64,000 nucleotides of DNA from Fidelibacterota bacterium (GTDB taxonomy: Bacteria > Fidelibacterota > UBA8477 > JABMPR01): positions 143 through 64,142 of the forward strand of contig JAIPGJ010000002.1 of assembly GCA_021736185.1 (NCBI GenBank). Direction: 5' to 3'. The notes beneath the pieces are model-generated. The model worked only from the letters and a program-made list of their open reading frames with translations, was not told the origin of the DNA and did not search any database. Positions 18,679 through 27,062 of this stretch are shown here, piece after piece. Each line of letters opens with the position of its first letter. Position 1 is the stretch's first letter. The translations under genes were made by a program, and so were the position numbers.

Positions 18679-20478
18679 CTATTCATGCATGATTCCGATG
18701 CCCACCACACCAATCCCGTTGTGGGCTCCGACAACCGGTGATATTTCCTGGATATAGGCCGGGGCTTTCCCCAGCAGTTTTTCCAGATCTGCCGCATACA
18801 CTTCCGCCCGGTCCAAAGCTCTGGCGTGAACAATGGCATAGTTCCAAATCGGTCCTTTTTCGGCAAAATCCACTGTCATTTGCTTAATCTTTTCCATGTT
18901 TCCCTGGCGGCTGAAGGATTTGCCATAGGCCACACCCTTGCCGTCTTCATCCAGTGAGATGATGGGTTTCAGATTAAGCAGCTTGGCAACCAGCCCTTTA
19001 AGGGGACTCACGCGCCCGCCGCGAACCATATACTTCAGGGTTGCCACGTCCACGAAGACCTTGGTTTTTTCCACATAGCTCTGCGCCAGGGCCTTGAGTT
19101 CAGTAATGTTTTTACCTGCATCAATGGCCTGGGCCAGGCGATAGACAATCAAGCCCTGGGAGACGGAGAGTTGTTTGGAATCAATGACGTGAATGTCGTC
19201 CCCTTCATGGTTGTCAACCGCCTGGACAGCCAGGTTATGGATCCCACTCAACTGACTTGAGATATGGACACTCATGACAGAGTCATAATGGGTCTTCAAA
19301 AATGACAGCAGATTGCTCACCATGGCAGGGCTGGGTTGAGCGGTTGAGGGGTGAATCGGTGCCGCATCCAACAGGCTGTAAAATTTTTCAGGCGTAATGG
19401 TCACTTTGTCCAGATAACTGTTTTCGCCAAAGTTTACCGTAAAAGGGATCACATTGATTTGATATTTTTCGATGATCTCCTGGGGTAAATCACAGGCTGA
19501 ATCAGTGACCAGAGCAATGGGGTACTTGCGTTTATGGCTCACTTCATATTGCCGGACCATATCCTCAGCTTTCATGCTGTCCAGCTCACCCTGCTCCCGG
19601 AGCCAGTCAAACAACTCGGCAGGATCGTTGGTGTGGACATGGAGACGCAAACGTTGCGGCGAACCAGCCACCACCACTGAATCACCAAAAGATTCAGCCT
19701 TGTGCTTAACCTCGACAAAATCAACCTTGCTATGAGAAATCAAGGCTTCGGTACAGTAGCGGTAGGGAATCTTATCATCACCTGAAAATTGATGAATTTC
19801 CGCATTCTCTTCAGGTTTTTCGAAAACGGGTATATCACGCAAATTGCCTGCTCTGATAAATTCAGTAATCCCCTGCAAAAAATCGACAAAACCCTTGGCT
19901 CCACTGTCCACCACACCGGCTTTAGCCAGAACTTCCAGCTGTCTCGGGGTTTCCTTCAGTGCTTTTTCCGCCACTTCATAAGCGTTGTGCAGAATAATCT
20001 GAAAATCATCCGAGGTGCTGCTGAACTTTTTAAGGGCATTGGACCAGGCACGCATGACGGTCAGAATGGTTCCTTCAACGGGGTTAAGCAACGATTCGTA
20101 GACATGTTCCACACTGACCCTGGCGGCCTCAACAAATTTGGCCGGGGTGGTGAGTTTTTCGCTTTTCAGGGATAAGGACAATCCATAGAGGAATTGGGCA
20201 AAAATAATTCCTGAATTTCCCCGGCTCCCCATGAGGGCTGCATCGGATGCCTCGGATATGACTTTTCCCAGTGAAGGATCATTGGGAAGTTCTGCAGCAA
20301 CAGCCTGGACGGTGGAGGCCAGATTGGTTCCAGTGTCGGCATCTGCTACGGGGAAGACGTTGATCTTATTTAAATAGGCCCGATCATTGATAATGGCTTG
20401 CGCCCCGGCAATAAAGGCTGCCCTGAATCGATATCCGTCGATGTATTTCACCCCCTGGCGGACTGCTATCTCACTCAT
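18679..20478 (-). CDS. DAK2(FakA-N/YloV-like)-DegV fusion protein (fatty-acid kinase-like)
   Basis: N-terminal region INVFPVADADTGTNL...GSRGNSGIIFAQ is a DAK2/DhaL-like domain. The middle block YRYCTEALI...GDSVVVAG...LRLHVHTNDP is as in YloV/FakA. The C-terminal roughly 290 aa (IALVTDSACDLPQEIIEKYQINVIPF...) are DegV. Confidence 0.75.
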   Translation of the reverse strand: MSEIAVRQGVKYIDGYRFRAAFIAGAQAIINDRAYLNKINVFPVADADTGTNLASTVQAVAAELPNDPSLGKVISEASDAALMGSRGNSGIIFAQFLYGLSLSLKSEKLTTPAKFVEAARVSVEHVYESLLNPVEGTILTVMRAWSNALKKFSSTSDDFQIILHNAYEVAEKALKETPRQLEVLAKAGVVDSGAKGFVDFLQGITEFIRAGNLRDIPVFEKPEENAEIHQFSGDDKIPYRYCTEALISHSKVDFVEVKHKAESFGDSVVVAGSPQRLRLHVHTNDPAELFDWLREQGELDSMKAEDMVRQYEVSHKRKYPIALVTDSACDLPQEIIEKYQINVIPFTVNFGENSYLDKVTITPEKFYSLLDAAPIHPSTAQPSPAMVSNLLSFLKTHYDSVMSVHISSQLSGIHNLAVQAVDNHEGDDIHVIDSKQLSVSQGLIVYRLAQAIDAGKNITELKALAQSYVEKTKVFVDVATLKYMVRGGRVSPLKGLVAKLLNLKPIISLDEDGKGVAYGKSFSRQGNMEKIKQMTVDFAEKGPIWNYAIVHARALDRAEVYAADLEKLLGKAPAYIQEISPVVGAHNGIGVVGIGIMHE

Positions 20479-20511
20479 GAAAACCCCTTATATTCATTCG
20501 TTGCTTTTGTT

Positions 20512-21057
20512 CTATGGCCAGATTTGTGGAACTTTTTGGATTTTATCAAGGGCATATCCCTGTTTTTCAACTTTATCTAAGATAGTCTGATAAACACTAT
20601 CAGAAAGACTGGATTCTCGTGCCATGATCCACAAATATTTGCGGTTGGGCACCCCGATCACTGTATAACTGTAATCTTCGGCAAGGTCGATAATAAGATA
20701 ACCCAACCTCAAGGGCCAAATGGGTTGGACCCGCCATTCCGCATTGGTTTCCTGGTTGTAAATAAAGCCCTTTTGGGTCATGTGTTTGGGCTTGCCTTCT
20801 GGAGATCCCGCCCGATAATCAAAAGAGACTTCAACGATTTCTTTTTCCGGGTTCCAGGTGTAGTTCTCAATGGCGTTGACGGCCCCTTTTTCAAAAGGCG
20901 TGGGGATATTGGCGATGACGTACCAGTCGCCCATGAAACGATCCAGGTCGACATGGTCAACCAGTTTTTGTTCGGCTTGCTTATCTGCTGCTGTAAGCAT
21001 GGTTATGAGTCCTATCAATAATATGATGGTGAGGTTAAATTTTGCACGCTTTTTCAT
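20512..21057 (-). CDS. lipocalin-like protein (distant Blc relative)
   Basis: Signal peptide plus DLDRFMGDWYVIANIPTPFEKG and ..YLWIMARE.. lipocalin motifs. Confidence 0.7.
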   Translation of the reverse strand: MKKRAKFNLTIILLIGLITMLTAADKQAEQKLVDHVDLDRFMGDWYVIANIPTPFEKGAVNAIENYTWNPEKEIVEVSFDYRAGSPEGKPKHMTQKGFIYNQETNAEWRVQPIWPLRLGYLIIDLAEDYSYTVIGVPNRKYLWIMARESSLSDSVYQTILDKVEKQGYALDKIQKVPQIWP

Positions 21058-21824
21058 TTTCGTTTTCCTGGAAAAAAGGCATTGGTGTTTTCAATATATT
21101 CAGCATAATCAGGCTTGGTTTTTCTCAACAGATCATCCAGCATGGCTACGCCGGAGACCTTCATCAGCAACCAGGTCATGATCACCGGGCTGATCAATAT
21201 CCAGACTGTATTTAATTCGATGGCAATCAGGGTAAAACCCCACCAGAGTAATGCTTCACCAAAATAATTTGGATGTCGGGTGAGACTCCAGAGACCGGTG
21301 TTTAAGACTTTCCCTTTATTAGCTGGATCTTTTTTAAAGGTTCGCAACTGCCAGTCACCGATAGCTTCAACCAGGAAACCCACTGTGAAAAATAGAATCC
21401 CCACCCAATCAATAATGGTCAGAGATGACTTGTCCTGCAAACCAACCAGGAGGGGCAGGGAAACAATCCACATGACCACACCCTGGAGAATAAAGACTCT
21501 CAAATAGCTTAGCCACCACCATTTCTTACCAAATTGTTGGCGCCAATTGGCATAACGAGCATCCTCGGCATGGCCCAGGTTTCTCACGCCAATATGCAGT
21601 GACAGCCTGAGACCCCACAGGATAACCAGCAGGTAGAGTAGGCGGGGTTGTAAAGCATGACTATAGTCAGCAGCCAGATAGATAAATCCAACCACGAGGA
21701 AACCAAGGCCCCAGAAAATATCCATAATGCCGGCATCTTTCTTAATCAGGCTGATGACCCAAATAAGACTCACATAAATAAGGATTGCCAGTCCACCCTG
21801 TAAAAAAATTTGACCTGTGTCCAT
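21054..21824 (-). CDS. DUF1295 / steroid 5-alpha-reductase-like membrane protein
   Basis: Polytopic membrane protein with the signature LWSLTRHPNYFGEALLWWGF. The start overlaps the lipocalin stop by 4 nt. Confidence 0.8.
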   Translation of the reverse strand: MDTGQIFLQGGLAILIYVSLIWVISLIKKDAGIMDIFWGLGFLVVGFIYLAADYSHALQPRLLYLLVILWGLRLSLHIGVRNLGHAEDARYANWRQQFGKKWWWLSYLRVFILQGVVMWIVSLPLLVGLQDKSSLTIIDWVGILFFTVGFLVEAIGDWQLRTFKKDPANKGKVLNTGLWSLTRHPNYFGEALLWWGFTLIAIELNTVWILISPVIMTWLLMKVSGVAMLDDLLRKTKPDYAEYIENTNAFFPGKRK

Positions 21825-22484
21825 TTAACTTTTCCCCTCTGCGCTGCGGCGCTCTGTTTCTATTAAAGCATCCTTAAATATACCCACAATAGAGACCCGG
21901 TTGAAGTAATCACTGACAGAATCAGGAATCCAGCCGCCGGGATCCATGACGAGACGGTAGGAAACATGATATTTCCCATCGGCTTGTTTATTCATGGACC
22001 AGGAACCCACACCGACATCAATGTAGACTCCTGATCTCTTGTTAATTTTATAGTCGCCCAGATTGTTTTGGGGTATGAGCTCCCAATCGACCCGGGTGCC
22101 TGAGGGTTCTGGTCTAAACATTTTAAAAGCATAGACACGATCAGAGATGAGGGGAATATCCACATATTGATAGCCCACCAGATGATCTGTATTATTCTCA
22201 AGCAGTTGACACTCCATACCTGGAGCACTTTTTAAGAACTGACCATAGTTGGTCAAGTCTTCAATGACCTGGGCCAGGGTTTCAGGATCAATGGCAATGA
22301 CCTGACTGACTTTTACGGCTCTCACCGAGATCCCATCTATCTTTTTTTCGGCAACACTAATACCATCTGTTCTTGATTCTACGGTGAGCCAGTTATCCTC
22401 GTCATACAGTCTGTCAGACAAGACAGCTGGAGAGGCCCATAGGGCCATGGGGATAAAGAGTGCAAGGAGATTTACGCGTTTCAT
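21825..22484 (-). CDS. START/SRPBCC-like lipid-binding domain protein, secreted
   Basis: Signal peptide. Size and pattern are consistent with a START-like fold (weak, from memory). Translationally abutted to the flanking genes. Confidence 0.4.
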   Translation of the reverse strand: MKRVNLLALFIPMALWASPAVLSDRLYDEDNWLTVESRTDGISVAEKKIDGISVRAVKVSQVIAIDPETLAQVIEDLTNYGQFLKSAPGMECQLLENNTDHLVGYQYVDIPLISDRVYAFKMFRPEPSGTRVDWELIPQNNLGDYKINKRSGVYIDVGVGSWSMNKQADGKYHVSYRLVMDPGGWIPDSVSDYFNRVSIVGIFKDALIETERRSAEGKS

Positions 22485-23026
22485 GATGAGGCTCTCCTTT
22501 CCAGATAAGTATTAAGCTGGATCAGACCCGGAATGGCCAGACCCCAGAATAGACCCAGTATGATCACGGTCAAACCGAAGCTCTGATTAAACACAATAGC
22601 GTCAAATTTTGCTCCGGCCATATACGAGAGGGGACCAAAAATAGCGCCCAGGGCAAAGGCCAGAAGGGGTTTATTTTTTAACCAACCCAGGGAGTGATTT
22701 AAAGTCGCGGCAAAGCCACCCCACATGGCTGTTATCCACAACGGGGCAAGCGCCGGCGCCAGGGAGTAACCCCCGCCATAGCTCAATAATCCAGAGGCAG
22801 AAAAAATACTATCTGCCATGGTCCCGGCCAGCATGGCTGACAGGATCAGGAGGGTTTCAGGTTTGCCTTTGGTAAAAGAGTAATGGTCCGCCACCAGATA
22901 GAGGGTCATAACCAGGGGTCCCAGCCAGGGATATCCCGCCACAATTCCCAGCACACTGAGCCACCAGGCTGACTGAAAGCCCAGAGCGTTAAATCCAATT
23001 TTCAATGTTTCCGTTTTTGTATTCAT
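22481..23026 (-). CDS. DUF2878-like membrane protein
   Basis: 181 aa, about 5 TM segments. The pattern NALGFQSAWWLSVLG is typical of DUF2878 genes found next to DUF1295/lipocalin genes in CFA-type clusters. Confidence 0.45.
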   Translation of the reverse strand: MNTKTETLKIGFNALGFQSAWWLSVLGIVAGYPWLGPLVMTLYLVADHYSFTKGKPETLLILSAMLAGTMADSIFSASGLLSYGGGYSLAPALAPLWITAMWGGFAATLNHSLGWLKNKPLLAFALGAIFGPLSYMAGAKFDAIVFNQSFGLTVIILGLFWGLAIPGLIQLNTYLERRASS

Positions 23027-23073
23027 TTGTTCTTGCTCCTATAAAAAACAACGCTCCATTCGCGCATGCCACC

Positions 23074-23101
23074 ATTATAACGCGCATAACGCGCATTTCA
23101 A
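23074..23101 (-). promoter_or_regulatory. putative sigma70-type promoter (TTGAAA-N16-TATAAT) with embedded ATGCGCG repeats
   Basis: The minus strand reads TTGAAATGCGCGTTATGCGCGTTATAAT about 48 nt upstream of the ATG at 23026. A third ATGCGCG lies just downstream (23061-23067). Confidence 0.4.
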
Positions 23102-23221
23102 GTATTTTTATGAAATTTTGTAATAAAGGCTGTCCCAGAACACGAGATAGTCCCCTTTGTTGTTTTTAGACTCTGATTTTCACTGAGAGGAGCCGACAGT
23201 GGTTATTCAAGCAAAAGAGGA

Positions 23222-23315
23222 TGCGTTTGGGATTGCGTCTTTCTGAACTGTCCCAATCACAACCCCAGTCCACCCTATACCCCTATACCCCCTTATGCCT
23301 TTATACCCTCAATAA
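23222..23315 (-). repeat. 3'-exon part of a duplicated intergenic module (copy 1; paralog of 60847-60928)
   Basis: TTGAGGGTATA, GGTATAG repeats, ACTGGG and GGACAG..CAG.AAGAC.C.AT.CCAAAC.CA are shared with the copy after the 58506..60788 gene. Confidence 0.6.
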
Positions 23316-23320
23316 ATCGA

Positions 23321-23390
23321 GTAGGAGGATAGGGATTAATTCCCTATCCGTCCTCTCACACCACCCTGCGTACGGTTCCGTACAGGGCGG
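23321..23390 (-). ncRNA. group II intron ribozyme domains V and VI
   Basis: Hand-folded hairpins immediately 3' of the intron ORF stop; see the intron entry above. Confidence 0.75.
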
Positions 23391-23399
23391 TTCCTTAAT

Positions 23400-24797
23400 T
23401 TACACCTTAACCTTTCGGTAATAATCCATGAAGAAGAGGTATCCAGCTACTTGAAGACGAGCATTGGTGATTGACCTGCTCAAGATTGGGCTCTTGGCTG
23501 TATTCCAATATCCCTTTCTTGTATTTGCAAATTCCCAAGCTTTGTATTTAGGTATGCCCAGTTTTGTGAGGTTACGTAAACGGGTTCTTATTCGTTTCCA
23601 TTGTTTCCAAATCACCATACGTAAACGCCTACGATACCATTTATCTATTCTTATCAATAGTTTATGCATATCAGCAAGTTTGAAATAGTTGACCCAGCCT
23701 CTGATGTAGATTTTGAGCTGCTCTTTCCTCCTTGCATTACCCCAACCATTACTTCTGGATGTGAGAACTTTGATCCGCTCCTTCATCTTAGTAATGCTTT
23801 TCGGGTGTACCCGTAGCAGTCCATTGCCATCATGGACATAGAACGAATATCCCAGGAATTTAATCCTTGAGACACTGGCTACTTTCGTCTTCTCCTTATT
23901 CACCTTGAGGAACAACTTCTTCTCAATAAATGACACAATGCTTGTCAATACGCGGTTTGCACTACGCTCACTCCTGGTAAATATCACCAAGTCATCAGCG
24001 TAGCGAACAAAGCGATGCCCGCGGGATTCAAGCTCCTTATCCAACTCATTAAGCATGATATTGCTCAATAATGGACTCAAAGGACCACCCTGTGGAACAC
24101 CCATTCTTGTTGGCTCAAACTTCTCGCCTACAACTACACCAGCATTTAGATATTTATGGATGAGCGAGATTACCCGGCCATCTTTTATAGTTCTTGATAA
24201 TACTTCTATCAATTTACTCTGATTGACTTTATCAAAGAACTTCTCTAAATCCATATCAACAGCATATTTGTAACCGGCTGTGATATTTGCTCTACATTGC
24301 TGTAAAGCCTGGTGGGCACTGCGTCCAGGTCTAAAACCATAACTACTGTCTGAAAATTGTAGCTCATATATAGGCGACAAGACCTGCTGGATTGCCTGTT
24401 GTATCACACGGTCTACTACCGTCGGTATACCAAGCAACCGCTTCTTGTTATTGTCCTTGGGTATCTCTACCCTGCGGACTGGATTAGGACGGTACTTACC
24501 ATCCAATATGGAACTTATTAGCTCATCTCTATTTTGAATTAGATAATCTTTTAAAGATTCGACATCCATCTTATCAACCCCACCACTTCCTTTGTTGGCT
24601 CGAACTTTCTTATAAGCCAGGTTCAGATTTGGTGGAGCAAGGATTTGCTCTAGTAATCCACATTCCGATTCGTTAAAACTTGTGATGTTGTTTTCAGTTA
24701 TCCACATAAAGGTCTGCACTCCAGAATATCCTTCGAGTTCCGCTCTAGCTTTCCTCTGGGAGCTGTCTTTTGACATTTTCTGCTTTCTATCCTTCAT
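23400..24797 (-). CDS. ltrA: group II intron reverse transcriptase/maturase (no endonuclease domain)
   Basis: RT motifs RRVEIPKDNNKKRLLGIPTVVDRVIQ, GVPQGGPLSPLLSNIML and RYADDLVIF. Maturase X domain RGWVNYFKLA. 465 aa with no HNH tail, as in IIC intron proteins. Confidence 0.95.
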   Translation of the reverse strand: MKDRKQKMSKDSSQRKARAELEGYSGVQTFMWITENNITSFNESECGLLEQILAPPNLNLAYKKVRANKGSGGVDKMDVESLKDYLIQNRDELISSILDGKYRPNPVRRVEIPKDNNKKRLLGIPTVVDRVIQQAIQQVLSPIYELQFSDSSYGFRPGRSAHQALQQCRANITAGYKYAVDMDLEKFFDKVNQSKLIEVLSRTIKDGRVISLIHKYLNAGVVVGEKFEPTRMGVPQGGPLSPLLSNIMLNELDKELESRGHRFVRYADDLVIFTRSERSANRVLTSIVSFIEKKLFLKVNKEKTKVASVSRIKFLGYSFYVHDGNGLLRVHPKSITKMKERIKVLTSRSNGWGNARRKEQLKIYIRGWVNYFKLADMHKLLIRIDKWYRRRLRMVIWKQWKRIRTRLRNLTKLGIPKYKAWEFANTRKGYWNTAKSPILSRSITNARLQVAGYLFFMDYYRKVKV

Positions 24798-25214
24798 CTG
24801 GTAACATTCATTTACTGATCACTACTTAAGGTTCAGTCCTTTCTAATTCGCTGTCGATAAATTAGTACTATGACCTCGGCTGACTTCTCACAGCTAATCT
24901 TTTTCAACCGTAATGGAATACATCCTCATTACGTCTGTGAGATCTCCCGTGGTAAGGTTAATAACTTTCTTTCCATGTAACTGTACCATCTACATCCTGA
25001 TATTCCGTGTAGTTTTCGGACTTCGTTTTGTTTAGTAAACTTATCCATATCAGACTGCCTAATGATCTTCGTGTTCCTCAGTTCGGAAATTTGCCTTAAG
25101 CTTCCTTCAGATTCGCAGTCACCCACGACACCCTTGCTCTCGACTAGTGGTTGGATACTACATTCCTCCACAGTGGACTTGCACCACCTAGTTATTAACC
25201 ATGCACGGCACACT

Positions 25215-25246
25215 AAAAAAAGAGGCCGCCCTTTCAGGACAGCCTC
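25215..25246 (-). terminator. rho-independent terminator of the blc gene (intron homing site)
   Basis: The minus strand reads GAGGCTGTCC-TGAAA-GGGCGGCCTC (10-bp stem including 2 G-U pairs) followed by TTTTTTT. Confidence 0.8.
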
Positions 25247-25278
25247 TTGATACGATGGGTGCGCGTTTGTTTAGCGGC

Positions 25279-25803
25279 TTAGGGGTGATCAACAAAGATC
25301 AAGGCACTGGTGTCGAACCCCAGACTGGCTGCTTTTTCAATAAATTGATCTTTCAACTCCTGGCTTACTTCTGGGGTCCGCGATAAAAACCACAGATATT
25401 TGGTGCTGGAACCTGAGATAAAAGCGTACTGGTATTCTGAATCCAGCTCAAAAACGGCATAGCTTCCATAAAAAGGACCAAAAAACGAAACCTTTAGATG
25501 ACCGACCTGGGGCTCGCCCACAAAGAAGGCCTTGCCCTCTGCATCTTTCCATTTTTCCTGCTGGCCGGAATAACCGCGATTGGTCACGCTGACACCGCCA
25601 TCGGGTCGCATGGCATATTCAGCAGTAACCGCCTGAAGCCCTCGTTCAAAAGAATGATCCAGCCTGGCTATCTCATACCATTTCCCCAGATATTTATCCA
25701 ACTCAAAACCCTGAACGGGAGTCACCCCTTCAGGCACTCCCAGACAACCCCCAAATAAAAACGGCAGCATGAGTGCCAGTATTTTTTTCATAAATTTCCC
25801 CAT
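25279..25803 (-). CDS. blc: outer-membrane lipoprotein lipocalin Blc
   Basis: Lipobox LFGGC. Motifs FELDKYLGKWYEIARLDHSFERGL and YLWFLSRTP are canonical bacterial lipocalin signatures. Confidence 0.9.
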   Translation of the reverse strand: MGKFMKKILALMLPFLFGGCLGVPEGVTPVQGFELDKYLGKWYEIARLDHSFERGLQAVTAEYAMRPDGGVSVTNRGYSGQQEKWKDAEGKAFFVGEPQVGHLKVSFFGPFYGSYAVFELDSEYQYAFISGSSTKYLWFLSRTPEVSQELKDQFIEKAASLGFDTSALIFVDHP

Positions 25804-25928
25804 TCCTTTAATTGTTAAAGCCTTTTAAGCTGTCTATCATAATACACCTGTCCCGGCGCAAAACCTCCTGTTTTAACCATTCCGGTCAAGGGAGCCCACT
25901 CGTTTCATATGACAGGTTCGCTGGTCAA

Positions 25929-26444
25929 TTAGAATTGATCAACATAAATTAATTGTGAGGTATCAAACCCTAGCTTTTGCGACTTTTCCACAAAATCATC
26001 TATGATATCCTCCTTCAAAAATTTTGTTCTGGAGAGCAGCCATAGAAAGGATCTGTCTTTTCCACAGACATAGGCATATTCGTAATCCGGGTCCAGCTCG
26101 AAAATAACATAGGGTTTATAGAGTGGACCAAAATAAGAAACCTTAAGGTGGCCGATGTTCGGGTCACCTGCCAGAGAGATTCGGCCTTCTTTTTCTCTCC
26201 ATTCAGTCCATTTGGTCAGATAGCCCCGATTCTTGAAAACGATATCGCCATCCTGGTTGCGGCGATATTCCGTGCTGACACTCTTGAGTCCTCGTTCATC
26301 CGCATTATCCAATCGAGCGATTTCATACCAGGTACCCAGATATCGATTTATTTTAAAGCGCTTAACCGGTTTAATCCCCTCGGGTACATCCACACAGCCA
26401 TTCACAACCAACGCCACCAATATTACTGTAAACAGGGTTTTCAC
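25929..26444 (-). CDS. blc: outer-membrane lipoprotein lipocalin Blc, tandem paralog
   Basis: Lipobox VVNGC. Motifs FKINRYLGTWYEIARLDNADERGL and FLWLLSRT. Collinear with the neighbouring blc gene. Confidence 0.9.
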   Translation of the reverse strand: MKTLFTVILVALVVNGCVDVPEGIKPVKRFKINRYLGTWYEIARLDNADERGLKSVSTEYRRNQDGDIVFKNRGYLTKWTEWREKEGRISLAGDPNIGHLKVSYFGPLYKPYVIFELDPDYEYAYVCGKDRSFLWLLSRTKFLKEDIIDDFVEKSQKLGFDTSQLIYVDQF

Positions 26445-26461
26445 AAAAAACTCCTTAACGC

Positions 26462-26959
26462 TTACATCGATTCAGTTTTACGGCCAAAATACACCTGACC
26501 TACAGCCACACCATTGATCTCAGCCACACCAGGAAGGTGCGCCCACTGTTCAAATTTAAACTTTTTCAACAGGCCTATGCTTGATACATTGGTTTCCAGC
26601 AGGATGGCAAACAGGGTTTTGATCTTAAGCTCAGGACAGCTCTGGATACAGGCCTCCAGGAGTGCTGATCCAACCCCCTGGCCATGATGCTTATAATCAA
26701 CAAAATAGCTGAGCTCTGCCGTGTGCCTCAAGGCGGTGCGACCCGGTCGATAAGCACTGAAATAGCTATATCCTAAAATAGCGTCCTGGGATTCGGCGAT
26801 GAGGATGGGATGGCTCTCTCTGGGATGTTCATCAAACCAGGCTTGTCTTGCCTGTGGCGTAACCGGTTCCAACACGGCGATACACTGGGCAGCAATCGCC
26901 TGGTTATAAATGTCCACCAGGGCTGGCAGATCCTGCTTTTCTGCAAAACGAATGTTCAT
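26462..26959 (-). CDS. GNAT N-acetyltransferase, phosphinothricin/methionine-sulfoximine acetyltransferase-like
   Basis: MNIRFAEKQDLPALVDIYNQAI...WFDEH...HHGQGVGSALL is a PAT-family pattern. Confidence 0.7.
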   Translation of the reverse strand: MNIRFAEKQDLPALVDIYNQAIAAQCIAVLEPVTPQARQAWFDEHPRESHPILIAESQDAILGYSYFSAYRPGRTALRHTAELSYFVDYKHHGQGVGSALLEACIQSCPELKIKTLFAILLETNVSSIGLLKKFKFEQWAHLPGVAEINGVAVGQVYFGRKTESM

Positions 26960-27062
26960 AAACGGCGCAAGGCTACCTTATCTTGTTAAATATATTAGGA
27001 CCTGTCTCTACCCCTCAACCATGGACGCCAGACGAATCAAAACCAATGATCATTCGGATTAT

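Larger units (their letters stand above)
23316..25213 (-). mobile_element. bacterial class C (IIC) group II intron, about 1.9 kb
   Basis: The 5' end is GTGTG at 25213, directly after a terminator hairpin plus T7A. It carries an RT/maturase ORF. Domain V lies at 23361-23390 (CCGCCCUGUACGG-AA-CCGUACGCAGGGUGG, CGC triad, 2-nt bulge). Domain VI lies at 23321-23355 with a bulged A 7 nt before the predicted 3' end ...CTCGAT. The 3' boundary is uncertain by about 3 nt. Confidence 0.85.

Noticed and set aside
23400-24797. The reverse transcriptase could be a retron, DRT or Abi-type defence RT.
   Set aside because: The ORF has a maturase X domain. It is embedded in RNA with a GUGYG 5' end and clear domain V/VI hairpins. 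It also sits behind a terminator, as class C group II introns do. No msr/msd-like repeats or effector gene are adjacent.
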